Positions 28,467 to 41,941 of a DNA stretch of 64,000 bases are shown one piece after another (within the stretch, counting starts at the first letter, position 1; every line of letters begins with the position of its first letter). Position numbers and translations under genes: made by a program. The stretch lies in assembly GCA_023484515.1 (NCBI GenBank), contig JAMDAY010000030.1:1320-65319 (forward strand), in the 5' to 3' direction. The notes below the pieces were generated by a model. It made no database searches. It had not been told where the DNA came from and saw only the letters and a list, made by a program, of their open reading frames with translations. Source of the stretch: Patescibacteria group bacterium. GTDB taxonomy: Bacteria > Patescibacteriota > Doudnabacteria > UBA920.

Positions 28467-30218
28467 ATGAATAGTGAAACAACCAAAATTTATCTGACTG
28501 ACTTATTGCTTCAGGCTTTTAACAATCTTGGATTTAATACAGAGGGTCTGAGTTTAAAAATTACGGTGCCGGAACAGGAGTTCGGGGATTATGCCGCTAA
28601 CGCGGCCCTGGTTTTGGCCAAAAAGCTCAAACTTGATCCGCAGGAGGTTGCCGGGCAGGTTGTTGCGGAGTTCGTTAAGCTGGACGAGGCAAAAGTTTTC
28701 CAGGAGGCGTACCAAGCCAAGGGGTTCGTAAATTTCCGGTTGTCACCAAAATCTTTGGTGGAAAACGTGTACCGGATCTTGAACGAAAAAGACAATTTCG
28801 GAAAATCCAAGTTAGGCGAAAACAAGACCGTGGTAGTGGAATATTTCCAGAACAATGTGGCCAAGCCGCCCCACGTAGGACATTTAAGGTCAGCCGTGGT
28901 CGGCGATTCTTTGCTTAGGATTTTCCGCTTTTTGGGTTTCCACGCCATGTCAGACACCCATATTGGCGACTGGGGCACGCAGTTTGGGATTCTAATTTTG
29001 GGATATAAAACGTTTGGAAATAAAACAACAGTGGAAAAAGATCCAATTTTTGAGCTGAATAAAATTTATGTGGAAATGAGCAGCCGGATAGAACAGAATC
29101 CGGAATTGCGCGAACAAGCCAAACAGGAGTTTGCCAAATTGGAAAAGGGCGACGCGGAAAACCGCAAATTATGGCAGTGGTTTGTTATGGAATCGGTGGT
29201 GGACTTTGAACATTACCGCAGGCTATTGGAATTACTGTCTTTTGACCATAACCTGGGAGAAAGCTTTTACGAGGACAAGATGCCGGCAGTAATGGAAGCG
29301 CTAAGGGCCAAGCGTTTAGCGCTAAGAGGAGAAACCGGAGAGGAATATGTAGATCTTGAACAATATGGGTTAGGCAGATGCATTCTAGTTAAATCAGACG
29401 GCGCCACAACCTATCACCTTCGCGATTTTGCCACTTACATTTTCCGCAAAGGGCAATTTGATTTTTACAAAAATATTTACGTGGTGGACAACCGCCAGGC
29501 GCACCACTTTAAGCAGCTTTTTAAAGTGCTGGAATTAATGGGCTATCCGGCGGAACGCGACAGTGTGCACGTTGACTTGGGTTTTATGAGCCTGCCCGAA
29601 GGGCCAATTTCCACGCGCAAAGGAAATATTATTAGCCTGCAAAACCTGGTTGACGAGGCGGAGAAACGCGCAATAAAAATTATAGAAGAAAAAAATCCCG
29701 GCTTGGCCAATAAATCGGCCGTAGCCAAAATGGTGGCCTTGGCGGCCATTAAGTATTTTGATTTGTCTCATAACCGCAAAACTGAATTTACGTTTACCTG
29801 GGAAAATGCCTTGTCATTTGAAGGCAACACCGGCCCGTATCTTCAATATTCCCATGCCAGAATCCATGGAATATTGAAGAAATTCCAAATTACAAATTCC
29901 AAATTACAAATAAATTTGCAGACAAATCTTAAATCTGAAATCTTAAATCTTAAATCCGAAGAGCTCTCCGTCCTCCGCAAGCTTTACCAATTCCCCTTGG
30001 TGTTGGAACAGGCGGCGCAGGATTACTTGCCGAACTTGTTGTGCAATTATTTGTTTGAATTGTCCCAAAATTTTAACGCGTTTTACCAGGAAGTTCCCGT
30101 GCTCCAGGAAAAAGATTCTCAATTAAAATTATTCCGCCTTAATTTAATCACCGCCACCGCGCAAGTAATCAAGAACGGGTTGTATTTATTGGGGATTGAG
30201 GCGCCGGAGGAGATGTAG
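28467..30218 (+). CDS. argS: arginine--tRNA ligase
   Basis: FGDYA, PHVGHLRS, GDWGTQFG, GNTGPYLQY, ends APEEM. Confidence 0.97.
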   Translation: MNSETTKIYLTDLLLQAFNNLGFNTEGLSLKITVPEQEFGDYAANAALVLAKKLKLDPQEVAGQVVAEFVKLDEAKVFQEAYQAKGFVNFRLSPKSLVENVYRILNEKDNFGKSKLGENKTVVVEYFQNNVAKPPHVGHLRSAVVGDSLLRIFRFLGFHAMSDTHIGDWGTQFGILILGYKTFGNKTTVEKDPIFELNKIYVEMSSRIEQNPELREQAKQEFAKLEKGDAENRKLWQWFVMESVVDFEHYRRLLELLSFDHNLGESFYEDKMPAVMEALRAKRLALRGETGEEYVDLEQYGLGRCILVKSDGATTYHLRDFATYIFRKGQFDFYKNIYVVDNRQAHHFKQLFKVLELMGYPAERDSVHVDLGFMSLPEGPISTRKGNIISLQNLVDEAEKRAIKIIEEKNPGLANKSAVAKMVALAAIKYFDLSHNRKTEFTFTWENALSFEGNTGPYLQYSHARIHGILKKFQITNSKLQINLQTNLKSEILNLKSEELSVLRKLYQFPLVLEQAAQDYLPNLLCNYLFELSQNFNAFYQEVPVLQEKDSQLKLFRLNLITATAQVIKNGLYLLGIEAPEEM

Positions 30219-30259
30219 AACCGCTGATTACACGCAGATAGCTACGCTGATAAAAATGT

Positions 30260-30664
30260 ATGGATTACCAATTTCATCACATTGCAATATCGGTCAGCGA
30301 TTTGGAAAAGTCATCTCATTGGTATAAAGAGATGTTCGGCTTTGAGGAACTAGGAATTTTTGAGAGAAAAGATCTCGATGTTAGATTTAAGCATTTAAAG
30401 TTAGGGAGTTTGATTCTAGAAATTTTCCAATCTAATAATTTCCAAAGCCTGCCGGAGTATCGAAAAGAATTAAAAGATGATTTGGCCGTTGTTGGCGTAA
30501 AGCATTTCGGCATAGGCGTGAAAGACGCGCAGAATGCTTATTTGGATTTAAAGGGGAAAGGTGTGGAATTCACGACCGAATTGCTGACAGGCGCCAGTGG
30601 CATGAATTACGCGTTTTTAAAAGATCCCGATGGTATATTAATTGAATTATCGGAATTAAGGTAA
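30260..30664 (+). CDS. VOC/glyoxalase family protein
   Basis: HHIAISVSDLE...HFG...DPDGILIEL. Confidence 0.9.
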   Translation: MDYQFHHIAISVSDLEKSSHWYKEMFGFEELGIFERKDLDVRFKHLKLGSLILEIFQSNNFQSLPEYRKELKDDLAVVGVKHFGIGVKDAQNAYLDLKGKGVEFTTELLTGASGMNYAFLKDPDGILIELSELR

Positions 30665-30787
30665 TATGCAATTTTATCCGAAAGTGGGAAAAATTCCAAT
30701 GGATGCTTGACCGCATGTCATCAAAACAGGCGAAGGAACTGGCCACGCCAATGTATAATGAAGCAATTAAAAAATTAGGATACTAAT

Positions 30788-31342
30788 ATGCCGGAAAATA
30801 ATGTAGAGCGGAAAGAATTAAATTTTCAAAGACCTGATTTTAGACAAATTTTTAACCAGCGTCTGACAAAGCCCGAAGAAGATCGGGATTACTCCGTATA
30901 GCCTTTGCTTAAAGGTTTGGACAAGATGGGGATAAAAGATGTCAAGAAAGTAGCTTATGCTTCGATATTCGAAAAAAATGACGAAAGTCCGTTAAATATT
31001 TGGATTCAAATGGAACAAGATGCTGACTGGAATTATCCTCATATGGATACGGAGGATAAACTGGATGATCTTATAAAAGAACATAAACAGGAATTTCCCG
31101 AAGGGATTTATAAAAGAATGCGGGCAATGGTTTTACAAGATGCCCAAGGTTCAAATTATTTGTTGGTTAGCGAAGGAACTGGGGAATTAATCAACTTACA
31201 AAAAACTTACTCGGCAACAGATGATTTTAACAAGAAGAGATTTCAGAGATTTTTAAAGCTATTGGAGGAATATAAGATTGATAAAGTGATAGCTAAGGGT
31301 GCAGCTAATGAAGAGGAAAAACAAATGGTTTATGGCAAGTAA
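30788..31342 (+). pseudogene. hypothetical protein interrupted by in-frame TAG at 30899
   Basis: ATG 30788 is in frame with ORF 30905-31342; single TAG between them. Confidence 0.55.
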
Positions 31343-31616
31343 GAATATTCTTTTAATCAGTGATGATGTATTAGAAGAATTGACTGAATACAGGCACTTG
31401 CTGGGTTTTGCAGAAAAATATAGAATGAATAATACTCAATTTTTAAGGTTTATGTCCCTTGCACAGAGTTCATCTGAGGCGACTAAACAACAATTAAGGC
31501 AACCAAAGCCGAAATCGGGCAGGAGAAGTTTATATAGCAAATTAAATTTTATTTTTGATTTAGATCAATTAGCTCGGGATATAGTTTCCGGGCAGATTCC
31601 CGAAGGGAAGATATAA
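31332..31616 (+). CDS. hypothetical protein
   Basis: coupled ORF between pseudogene and ileS. Confidence 0.55.
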   Translation: MASKNILLISDDVLEELTEYRHLLGFAEKYRMNNTQFLRFMSLAQSSSEATKQQLRQPKPKSGRRSLYSKLNFIFDLDQLARDIVSGQIPEGKI

Positions 31617-31619
31617 AAT

Positions 31620-34715
<3,096 letters not shown>

Positions 34716-34716
34716 T

Positions 34717-34979
34717 CTTTACGGAATACGGATAATTACGGATATACGGTTTTAGAGATGCTTGATCCTTTCCGGCAGTATTGGGTGATGACGCACATCT
34801 GGGACAATCTTCCTTAAGTCTGGTTAATGATGGTTATTATCCGGTAATCTAAAGACCACTTATCCCAGATGTGCGTCATCACTGCCTCTAAAGTCAGGTT
34901 GATAATGATCAATGCCTGGCAATCTCAAGTCTGCTTATCCCTCTTCACACTTTATCCGTATAATCCGTATTCCGTAAAG
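34717..34979. repeat. TACGGA-repeat inverted-arm element between ileS and recO with nested 20-bp IR (34785-34804/34863-34882)
   Basis: arms 34717-34749 / 34953-34979; same family as arms around GxxExxY gene. Confidence 0.8.
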
Positions 34980-34981
34980 CT

Positions 34982-35734
34982 ATGCCGCGGGAAATTATTT
35001 ACAACGCCATAATCCTCAAGAAGCAGCCGTTTGGGGAAGCGGACGAAATGGTGACTGCTTTTACCAGGGAAGCGGGGAAGATCCGCGCCGTGGCTAAGTC
35101 TTCCAAATACAGCAAAAGCAAGCTGCAGTATCTCCTGCAGCCGCTTTTTTATGACAAGCTCAACGTGGTATCGGCCATGCGCATTCCCCGCATTATCGGC
35201 GGGGAAGTGCGGAAACCTTTCGCTAAAATCCGCGAAAGCCTGGAAGCTTCCAAAAAGGCGTTTTATGCCTTGGAGGCAACGCTTAAATTTACGGCTGACG
35301 AGCATAAAAACGAAACCTTGTTTTCCCTGTTGGACGATTATTTTGATTTTTTAAACAAAACCTGCCAAGACAACCAAATGCTTGGTTTGGGTTTGGCCAA
35401 GTTTAAAATAAATTTTTTGCAAAGCGCGGGGTTGTCCGTGCACTCTCAAACAACCCAAGAAAAGCAATATGTGGGTTTTAGCATCAGGCGCGGCGGTTTT
35501 GTGTCCAATGGTAATTCGGCCGACGCCCGCCCCGTGCCGCTTGAAACATTTAACCTATTTTTGCGCCTGCAATCCCTAAGCTTTTCCCGGCTGCGGGAAG
35601 AGGCCGGAAGCATGCTGGAAATTCGCCGGCGGGGCTTGCCCGTTTTGCAAGCCCTGCTGACGGAATTTTTAACTTTTCATTTGGAACGGGACATTAAGTC
35701 GGAAAAATTCCTAAACGGCGAAGGTGTGGTATAA
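34982..35734 (+). CDS. recO: DNA repair protein RecO
   Basis: AIILK...GEAD..VT.FT...GKI.AVAK...SKL. Confidence 0.9.
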   Translation: MPREIIYNAIILKKQPFGEADEMVTAFTREAGKIRAVAKSSKYSKSKLQYLLQPLFYDKLNVVSAMRIPRIIGGEVRKPFAKIRESLEASKKAFYALEATLKFTADEHKNETLFSLLDDYFDFLNKTCQDNQMLGLGLAKFKINFLQSAGLSVHSQTTQEKQYVGFSIRRGGFVSNGNSADARPVPLETFNLFLRLQSLSFSRLREEAGSMLEIRRRGLPVLQALLTEFLTFHLERDIKSEKFLNGEGVV

Positions 35735-35951
35735 TAACGGTAACTGATATAGAGGCTGTCTAAAAACTCCATTTGGGCTGCAATTGCAAAATTTCGGCCA
35801 TTTGGGCCAAAAAATTTCTCCGCTTAGCCTACGGCTAAACATCAAAATTTATTTGGCAATCTTAAAGTAAAATAATCCTCGAAGGCGCCCTTTATTTGCA
35901 TCCTGTCGCTCCCTTGCGAGTGGCATTGGCAAAAATTAAATAAAAATATTT

Positions 35952-37817
35952 ATGGATCCAATGCAAAATGAGTCAGGTAACGGACCGGACAACAAAGTTC
36001 CCGATTTTACTCCAAAACCCGTGGAACAGCCGTTTTTGAGCAGCAGGGAAAAGGATAAATTAACCGGTTCAAATGCTGCCAAGCCCCCGGGAGGGTTTAA
36101 AAATTTTTACCGCGCCAACCGGCTATATTTTTGGGCAATTGCGGCCGGTTTGGTAATTATTGGCGCTTTGGCTTTTTTAATTTTCCGCAAGCCCGCCCCA
36201 ACAACGGTAAAAGAAGCCAATGTCAACGTAACGGTAGATACGCCGGACACGGTCCCCAGCGGCGGGGAAATTTTGTATAAGATTAAAATAGACAACCAGG
36301 ACCCGTCCAAGCTGATCAGCATGTCCCTGGAGCTGGCATATCCCGAAGGCGTAACTTATCTGAACAGCACCCCGCCGGCCGGCAACTTGTCGGGCAGCCT
36401 GTTCACTGTGCCGGATTTGGTTTCGGGGCAGAACGCGACAGTATTCGTTAAGGCCAGGGCCACCGGCAATGTCAATGACGCCAAAAAGCTGACGGTAACT
36501 TTGCATTATAAGTTCAGCAATTTTAACTCCGAGTTCACCAAAACCGCGGACAGAACCGTGCGATTAGTGGCTTCCAACATCCTGTTGGAACTGTCCGGGC
36601 CGGTTACCACCAACAATGCCCAATTGGTCATGTATACCGTAAAATACGGCAATAGCGCCGACGCGGACATAAAAAACGCGCGGATCCAAATGGATTATCC
36701 CGACGGGTTTAACTTTGCCCAGGCCGACCCGCGGCCCGACATGGGAAATAACATTTGGAACGTAGGCAATTTGCCTAAGGGTGCGCAAGGCAGCATTCAA
36801 ATTCAGGGAACGTTCCGCTCCGCCTCTCCCGGAGAAAGCCGGATCGCCACGGCCGAACTGCAGGTATTGGGAACTGACGGACAGTATTACAAACAAAATG
36901 AATCTAACTTTACTACTGCCATTGCCAGTTTGCCGCTGCTGGTAACCCAGGAGGTAAGGCAGGCAGGGAATAATCCGGATAGTGCGGTTAACCCGGGCGA
37001 AACGTTAATTTATGACATCAAATACCAAAATAACGCGGCTACGGCGGCAACCGGGGTGAATGTTACCGTGACCCTTGCCTCCAAGGCCTTGGATTTGGCC
37101 ACTTTGCGCGCGGAAGGAGGGCAAATTAACAACAACACCATAACCTGGAACGAGTCTTCGGTTTCCAATTTGGGCAGCCTCTTGCCCAATGAGTCCGGCA
37201 ATTTAAGTTTTTCGGTGCGGGTAAAAAATCCCGCTACCAGGGATTCTTCCAAAAATTTGGACGTGGCCAGCAGCGTCAAAATTAAAGCCAACGAATACGA
37301 GTCATTTTTCCCGGGGAATGAATTGAATTTGAAAATTTCCAGCCCGGCTTCGCTTTCTTCCGCCTTAAGTTTTTTAAGCGGCAGTTTGCCGCCTACGGTC
37401 GGCCAGGCCACGGTTTATAAGGTTATTTTGTCCCTGTCCAATTCCACTAATGATTTTACCAACGGCACATTGACCGCTTATATCCCGCTGGGCGCCGGCG
37501 GTTTTGTGGAAAACAGCGTCAGCGGGGCCGAAGCCGGAAACGCAAGTTACGACGCGTCTACCGGCAAGCTGACCTGGAATTTCGGCAGCTTGCCCGCGCA
37601 TACCGGCCAGTTTACCAAAGCCAAGGCGCTGGAATTTAACGTTCGCATTATCCCGGCCGCGGCCCAGGCTAACACCAGCCCCGTCCTGGTAAAAAATATC
37701 AGCGCTACGGCCAAGGATTCCTTTACCGGCCAGGACATAAGCATTTCCGCAGACGACTTGACCACCTCGGACATATCCGGCAGCTATGGCTGGGACAGCG
37801 GCCAGGTGCGGGAGTAG
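35952..37817 (+). CDS. membrane-anchored Ig-like (DUF11-type) repeat protein
   Basis: TM, then repeated Y.I.Y.N...W..G.L.PGE.G beta-sandwich units. Confidence 0.75.
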   Translation: MDPMQNESGNGPDNKVPDFTPKPVEQPFLSSREKDKLTGSNAAKPPGGFKNFYRANRLYFWAIAAGLVIIGALAFLIFRKPAPTTVKEANVNVTVDTPDTVPSGGEILYKIKIDNQDPSKLISMSLELAYPEGVTYLNSTPPAGNLSGSLFTVPDLVSGQNATVFVKARATGNVNDAKKLTVTLHYKFSNFNSEFTKTADRTVRLVASNILLELSGPVTTNNAQLVMYTVKYGNSADADIKNARIQMDYPDGFNFAQADPRPDMGNNIWNVGNLPKGAQGSIQIQGTFRSASPGESRIATAELQVLGTDGQYYKQNESNFTTAIASLPLLVTQEVRQAGNNPDSAVNPGETLIYDIKYQNNAATAATGVNVTVTLASKALDLATLRAEGGQINNNTITWNESSVSNLGSLLPNESGNLSFSVRVKNPATRDSSKNLDVASSVKIKANEYESFFPGNELNLKISSPASLSSALSFLSGSLPPTVGQATVYKVILSLSNSTNDFTNGTLTAYIPLGAGGFVENSVSGAEAGNASYDASTGKLTWNFGSLPAHTGQFTKAKALEFNVRIIPAAAQANTSPVLVKNISATAKDSFTGQDISISADDLTTSDISGSYGWDSGQVRE

Positions 37818-37870
37818 GGGGATTGACAAGAATGAACATGATTGACATGATTGACAAGAATGACAAAAAT

Positions 37871-37931
37871 AAAAATCCGGCAAATTTTGTCTGCATAAGG
37901 TGCTCTTTGGGACAAAATTTGCCGGATTTTT
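37871..37931. terminator. 21-bp perfect IR between convergent genes
   Basis: aaaaatccggcaaattttgtc / gacaaaatttgccggattttt. Confidence 0.7.
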
Positions 37932-39051
37932 AGGGATATATATAGCCCCTAATTACCGAGCTGTGAATGGGAATGTAGCGGTAGTCCACTTTGCCGAAGG
38001 CGTTGTAATTCATTTCGGAAACATAAATGCTGTCGTCAGTCACTTTTTCCACTATGGCCACGTGGCCGTACCTGGTGTTTTCATTGGTCACCACAATGGC
38101 CCCGGCAGCCGGCTTGCTGTTGGTTACCGCGCCGTAAGCCCTGGCGTTGGCCAGCCAGTTTTTGGCGTTACCGCCCCAGGGGACGTGGATCTTGCTGGCG
38201 ACATACCAGGTGCAATAGCCCCACGGGAAAATGTGCCCGGTGCCGTTGTCTACCTGCGTAGGCTGTGCAGGCGCAACGCTGCCGGACTTGGGCGCGGTTT
38301 TCGGCTTTGGCGGCGCCGGCGGCGTTGCTATAACCCCTCCGGGGATTACAATAATCTGTCCGGCGTCTATGTCTTCGGCGTTAGCCAGCCCGTTATAGGA
38401 AATAATGGTTTTTAACAATTGGTCAGCCGCGGCGTCGCGGACATTTTTGTCCTTGTTATATTTTTCCGGATTAAACTTTGCCGCCAAGTCAGGCAGAGTG
38501 GTGTTGGAATCGGCCTTGGCAATTGTGCCGTCCACGGGCGGGATAAGCAAATACCAACCCGGCTGGATAGTGTCGCCGGCCAGGTTATTGGCCCACTTTA
38601 TGGTTTGGATGGAAATTTTGTTGGCCGCGGCTATGGACTTCAGGCTGTCGCCGGCTTGGGTCTGATACACTTTAATTTGCTTGTCCAAAAGCGCCTGGAT
38701 GCTGTCGGGATTGGGCTTAACAATGGCGCCGTCGCTAATTAGGGCGCTGCCGTCAGCGGCAGGATCCGCGGCGGCCGCCTGGGTGCTAAGCCCTGCGAAT
38801 TGGTCAGCCTGGGCCTGGGTGAAAAAGCTGTTGGCTTCCACCGTAGTAATAATGCTGTTGCTCTTGGCGTAATATTTTTCGTTTAAAGCGACATGGTTGC
38901 TTAAAAATTTGGAAGCCGGGCTGTTGTCGCTCAATATCTTGTTCGTATTGCCCTTGGCAAAGAAAAATAAGTTTAAAAAAGCAACGGCGCCGGCCAAAAT
39001 TAAAACCAGAAGTTCGCTGCTGAACTTCAGGCCAAAGTCCAGCCAATCCAT
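37930..39051 (-). CDS. LysM + CHAP domain cell-wall hydrolase (start uncertain)
   Basis: Y.TQAGDSL.SIA...WAN; GYCTWYV...WGGNA..W...YGHVAIVE. Confidence 0.88.
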   Translation of the reverse strand: MDWLDFGLKFSSELLVLILAGAVAFLNLFFFAKGNTNKILSDNSPASKFLSNHVALNEKYYAKSNSIITTVEANSFFTQAQADQFAGLSTQAAAADPAADGSALISDGAIVKPNPDSIQALLDKQIKVYQTQAGDSLKSIAAANKISIQTIKWANNLAGDTIQPGWYLLIPPVDGTIAKADSNTTLPDLAAKFNPEKYNKDKNVRDAAADQLLKTIISYNGLANAEDIDAGQIIVIPGGVIATPPAPPKPKTAPKSGSVAPAQPTQVDNGTGHIFPWGYCTWYVASKIHVPWGGNAKNWLANARAYGAVTNSKPAAGAIVVTNENTRYGHVAIVEKVTDDSIYVSEMNYNAFGKVDYRYIPIHSSVIRGYIYP

Positions 39052-39602
39052 CTTTTTAAGATGGATGGCGGGAAAAGCGTTAAGATGCACTTTTTTTAAC
39101 TGCGGAGTGCGCCGTTTTATCTGAAATAGTAGTTTTTTGGAGTAGTATTGGGTTTTAAAGGCAATCCTAATTACAACATTTTTGCACCAGGAATGCCAAG
39201 CTCGAATTTGGCTAATGTTAACCCCTTTATCTTTAAAAAGGATAAAATTGCGGGAATTACCGTTTAACCGTAAGAACCTTATTAAAGATGCGAGTATCCG
39301 AAGTCCCCAAAATAAAGCGGGAAAATAGGTATATGGGCCAATGTTTCGGACACCTTTAGTGTTAAAACTGCAATAATTCTCCAATAAGCTTACCAAAATT
39401 GTGACGATAAAAGCAAGCAATTAATCCACAAGCAGGCCAATGAGGGCTAAATGATAAGGAAAGATATTAAAAATCGCTTAATTAAAAGATAATAATTTAA
39501 AATTTTCGGTTTAGTAACTTTTTTTTAAGATCTTCCGTAAAATAAATATTAAGGTTAGCGCAGGCTTATTTTACGGAAGATCTTATGTTATAATTTTTCA
39601 GT

Positions 39603-41819
39603 ATGGACCTATCGCTTCTCAATGAAAAGCAAAAACAAGCAGTAACCGCGCCCCTGGGGCCGGTTTTAGTCTTGGCGGGCGCGGGCAGCGGTAAAACCAG
39701 GGCCCTGGCTTTTAGGATTGCCTATTTGTGCGAGAAAAAACTGGTAAAGCCCGAGCATATTTTGGCCATAACCTTTACCAACAAAGCGGCCAAGGAAATG
39801 GGAGAAAGAGTTAAAAAAATATTAACCCCCCAACTTCCAACCTCCAACCTCCAACTTCCAACCTCCAATCTCCAACCTCCAACTTCCAACCCCCAACTCC
39901 CAATAATGGGGACTTTCCATTCCGTTTGCGCGCGCATTTTAAGGAAGGAGATTTCCCGCCTGGGCTATACCGGCAGCTTTACCATTTACGACACCGACGA
40001 CCAGCTTAAGGTGATCCGCGAAATTATCCAGGACCTGCATATAGACAAGCGCTTCGGGCCTTCGCTGTTTAAGGCGTATATTTCCGGCGCTAAAAATATC
40101 TTGCAGGCGCCGGCGGAAATGTCGCTGGGCCTGGAAGCGGATTTGGAAAATTTGGTGCGCGAAGTCTATGTGCGCTACCAAAATTTTTTGTTCCGGCAAA
40201 ATTCCGCGGATTTTGACGACCTGCTGATGCTGACGGTCAAAATTTTCCAGAATTTTCCGGACGCGCTGGAAAAATACCAAAAATTATTCCAATACATTCT
40301 GGTGGACGAATACCAGGACACCAACCACGCGCAATACGTCCTGCTCCATTTACTGGCGCAAAAGCGCCATAACTTGTTCGTGGTGGGAGACGACGCCCAA
40401 AGCATTTATGGGTTCCGCGGCAGCAATATCCGCAACATTTTGAATTTTGAAGAAGACTTTCCGGAAAGCAAAGTCATTAAATTGGAACAGAACTACCGGT
40501 CCACGCGCAACATTCTGGCCGCGGCGCAAAAAGTAATAGAAATAAACCCCGAGCAAAAGCAGAAGACTTTATGGACGGAAAACGGGGAAGGCGCCAAGGT
40601 GGAGGTGCGCGAAGTGGCAGACGAGCTGGCCGAGGCGCAGTTCGTGGCCAAAAAGATTATAGACCTGTCAACCGGCCGCGCGGACGAAGATTTAGATTAC
40701 GAGCCGGAACAAGACGGCTTGTCCGGGTTTTCCATTTTGGACCATTTTTTGCGGAAGGCGAAAAAAAACCAGCGCGGCAATTTTCCTTTTTTGCCGCAGC
40801 TGCCCAAGGACCACGCAAGCTTAAACGGCTTTGCCGTGCTGCTGCGCACCCATGCCCAAACCCGCGTATTGGAAGAAGTGTTCATTGAAAGCGGCATCCC
40901 ATACCAGATTGTCGGGGGCGTCAAATTCTACGAGCGCAAGGAAATTAAGGACGTGCTGGCGTATTTGCGGCTGGCCGCCAATTACCGCGACCTGGTCAGC
41001 TTAAAGCGGGTCATTAACGAGCCATCGCGGGGGATTGGGGAAAAATCTTTCCAGGTTATCCGCAAAATCATACTGGATGAAAGCCTGTCTGTAGGAGCAG
41101 GAACTGCCAGACCGCCAGGCGGGAAGACAATATCTTCCCCTACATTAATTGATTTCCGGATCAAACTTTCAAACGCCAGCTTTGGCCCCAAAATTGGCAG
41201 GGCCATAGACGCTTTTTTTGAAATGCTGGAAGTTTTTGCGTCGCTGGATCATTCTGCGGATTTAGGAGGCTTGCTTCGCTTGGTAATCAAAAGGACCAAT
41301 TACGAAGAGTGGCTTAAGGACGGCACGGAAAACGGCGAGGCGCGCTGGGAAAACGTGGAAGAACTGTTCAATGTGGTGGAAAAATACAAAAACTTGCCAT
41401 GGCAGGAAAGCTTGCAGAGGTTTTTGGAAGAAGTGGCGCTAATTACGGAAATTGACGAGTTGAACGAAACGCGCGACTGCGTCACGCTGATGACTTTGCA
41501 CAGCGCCAAGGGTTTGGAGTTTGACACCGTGTTTTTGGCCGGGCTGGAAGAAGGCATTTTGCCCCATTCGCGCAGCCTGCTGGACCCTGCGGAATTGAGC
41601 GAAGAGATCCGCCTGGCTTACGTGGGGCTGACGCGCGCCAAGCAGAGGCTGTATTTAACGTATGCCCGCGCGCGCCGCGCGTTCGGCAGCGTGCAATACA
41701 ACCAGCCGTCCCGCATTTTGCGCGCGCTGCCCAAGGACAAAATTATCCATAAGGGTTCTGCCGCGGAAGAAACATATTATGAAAGGGAAGATGGTGGTGA
41801 GGATGAATTGGACTTTTAA
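39603..41819 (+). CDS. pcrA: UvrD/PcrA ATP-dependent DNA helicase
   Basis: [46 protein letters not shown]. Confidence 0.96.
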   Translation: MDLSLLNEKQKQAVTAPLGPVLVLAGAGSGKTRALAFRIAYLCEKKLVKPEHILAITFTNKAAKEMGERVKKILTPQLPTSNLQLPTSNLQPPTSNPQLPIMGTFHSVCARILRKEISRLGYTGSFTIYDTDDQLKVIREIIQDLHIDKRFGPSLFKAYISGAKNILQAPAEMSLGLEADLENLVREVYVRYQNFLFRQNSADFDDLLMLTVKIFQNFPDALEKYQKLFQYILVDEYQDTNHAQYVLLHLLAQKRHNLFVVGDDAQSIYGFRGSNIRNILNFEEDFPESKVIKLEQNYRSTRNILAAAQKVIEINPEQKQKTLWTENGEGAKVEVREVADELAEAQFVAKKIIDLSTGRADEDLDYEPEQDGLSGFSILDHFLRKAKKNQRGNFPFLPQLPKDHASLNGFAVLLRTHAQTRVLEEVFIESGIPYQIVGGVKFYERKEIKDVLAYLRLAANYRDLVSLKRVINEPSRGIGEKSFQVIRKIILDESLSVGAGTARPPGGKTISSPTLIDFRIKLSNASFGPKIGRAIDAFFEMLEVFASLDHSADLGGLLRLVIKRTNYEEWLKDGTENGEARWENVEELFNVVEKYKNLPWQESLQRFLEEVALITEIDELNETRDCVTLMTLHSAKGLEFDTVFLAGLEEGILPHSRSLLDPAELSEEIRLAYVGLTRAKQRLYLTYARARRAFGSVQYNQPSRILRALPKDKIIHKGSAAEETYYEREDGGEDELDF

Positions 41820-41941
41820 AAATTGGAAATGTAAATATCAAAAATCAAAATGAAAATGTAAAATACAAAATTACTTATGCACTTCCATTTTAAATTTTAA
41901 ATTGCCATTTTCCATTTTGATTTTTCAATTTTTAATTATAT

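Noticed and set aside
30899-30901. Stop-codon recoding
   Set aside because: TAG and TGA terminate conserved genes normally elsewhere (argS TAG, RT TGA)
35750-35940. IS-like end (gaggctgtctaaaaact)
   Set aside because: No matching opposite end or transposase visible
39830-39899. CRISPR array (also other short-repeat tracts)
   Set aside because: Units are 7-9 nt with no spacers; no cas genes in the window
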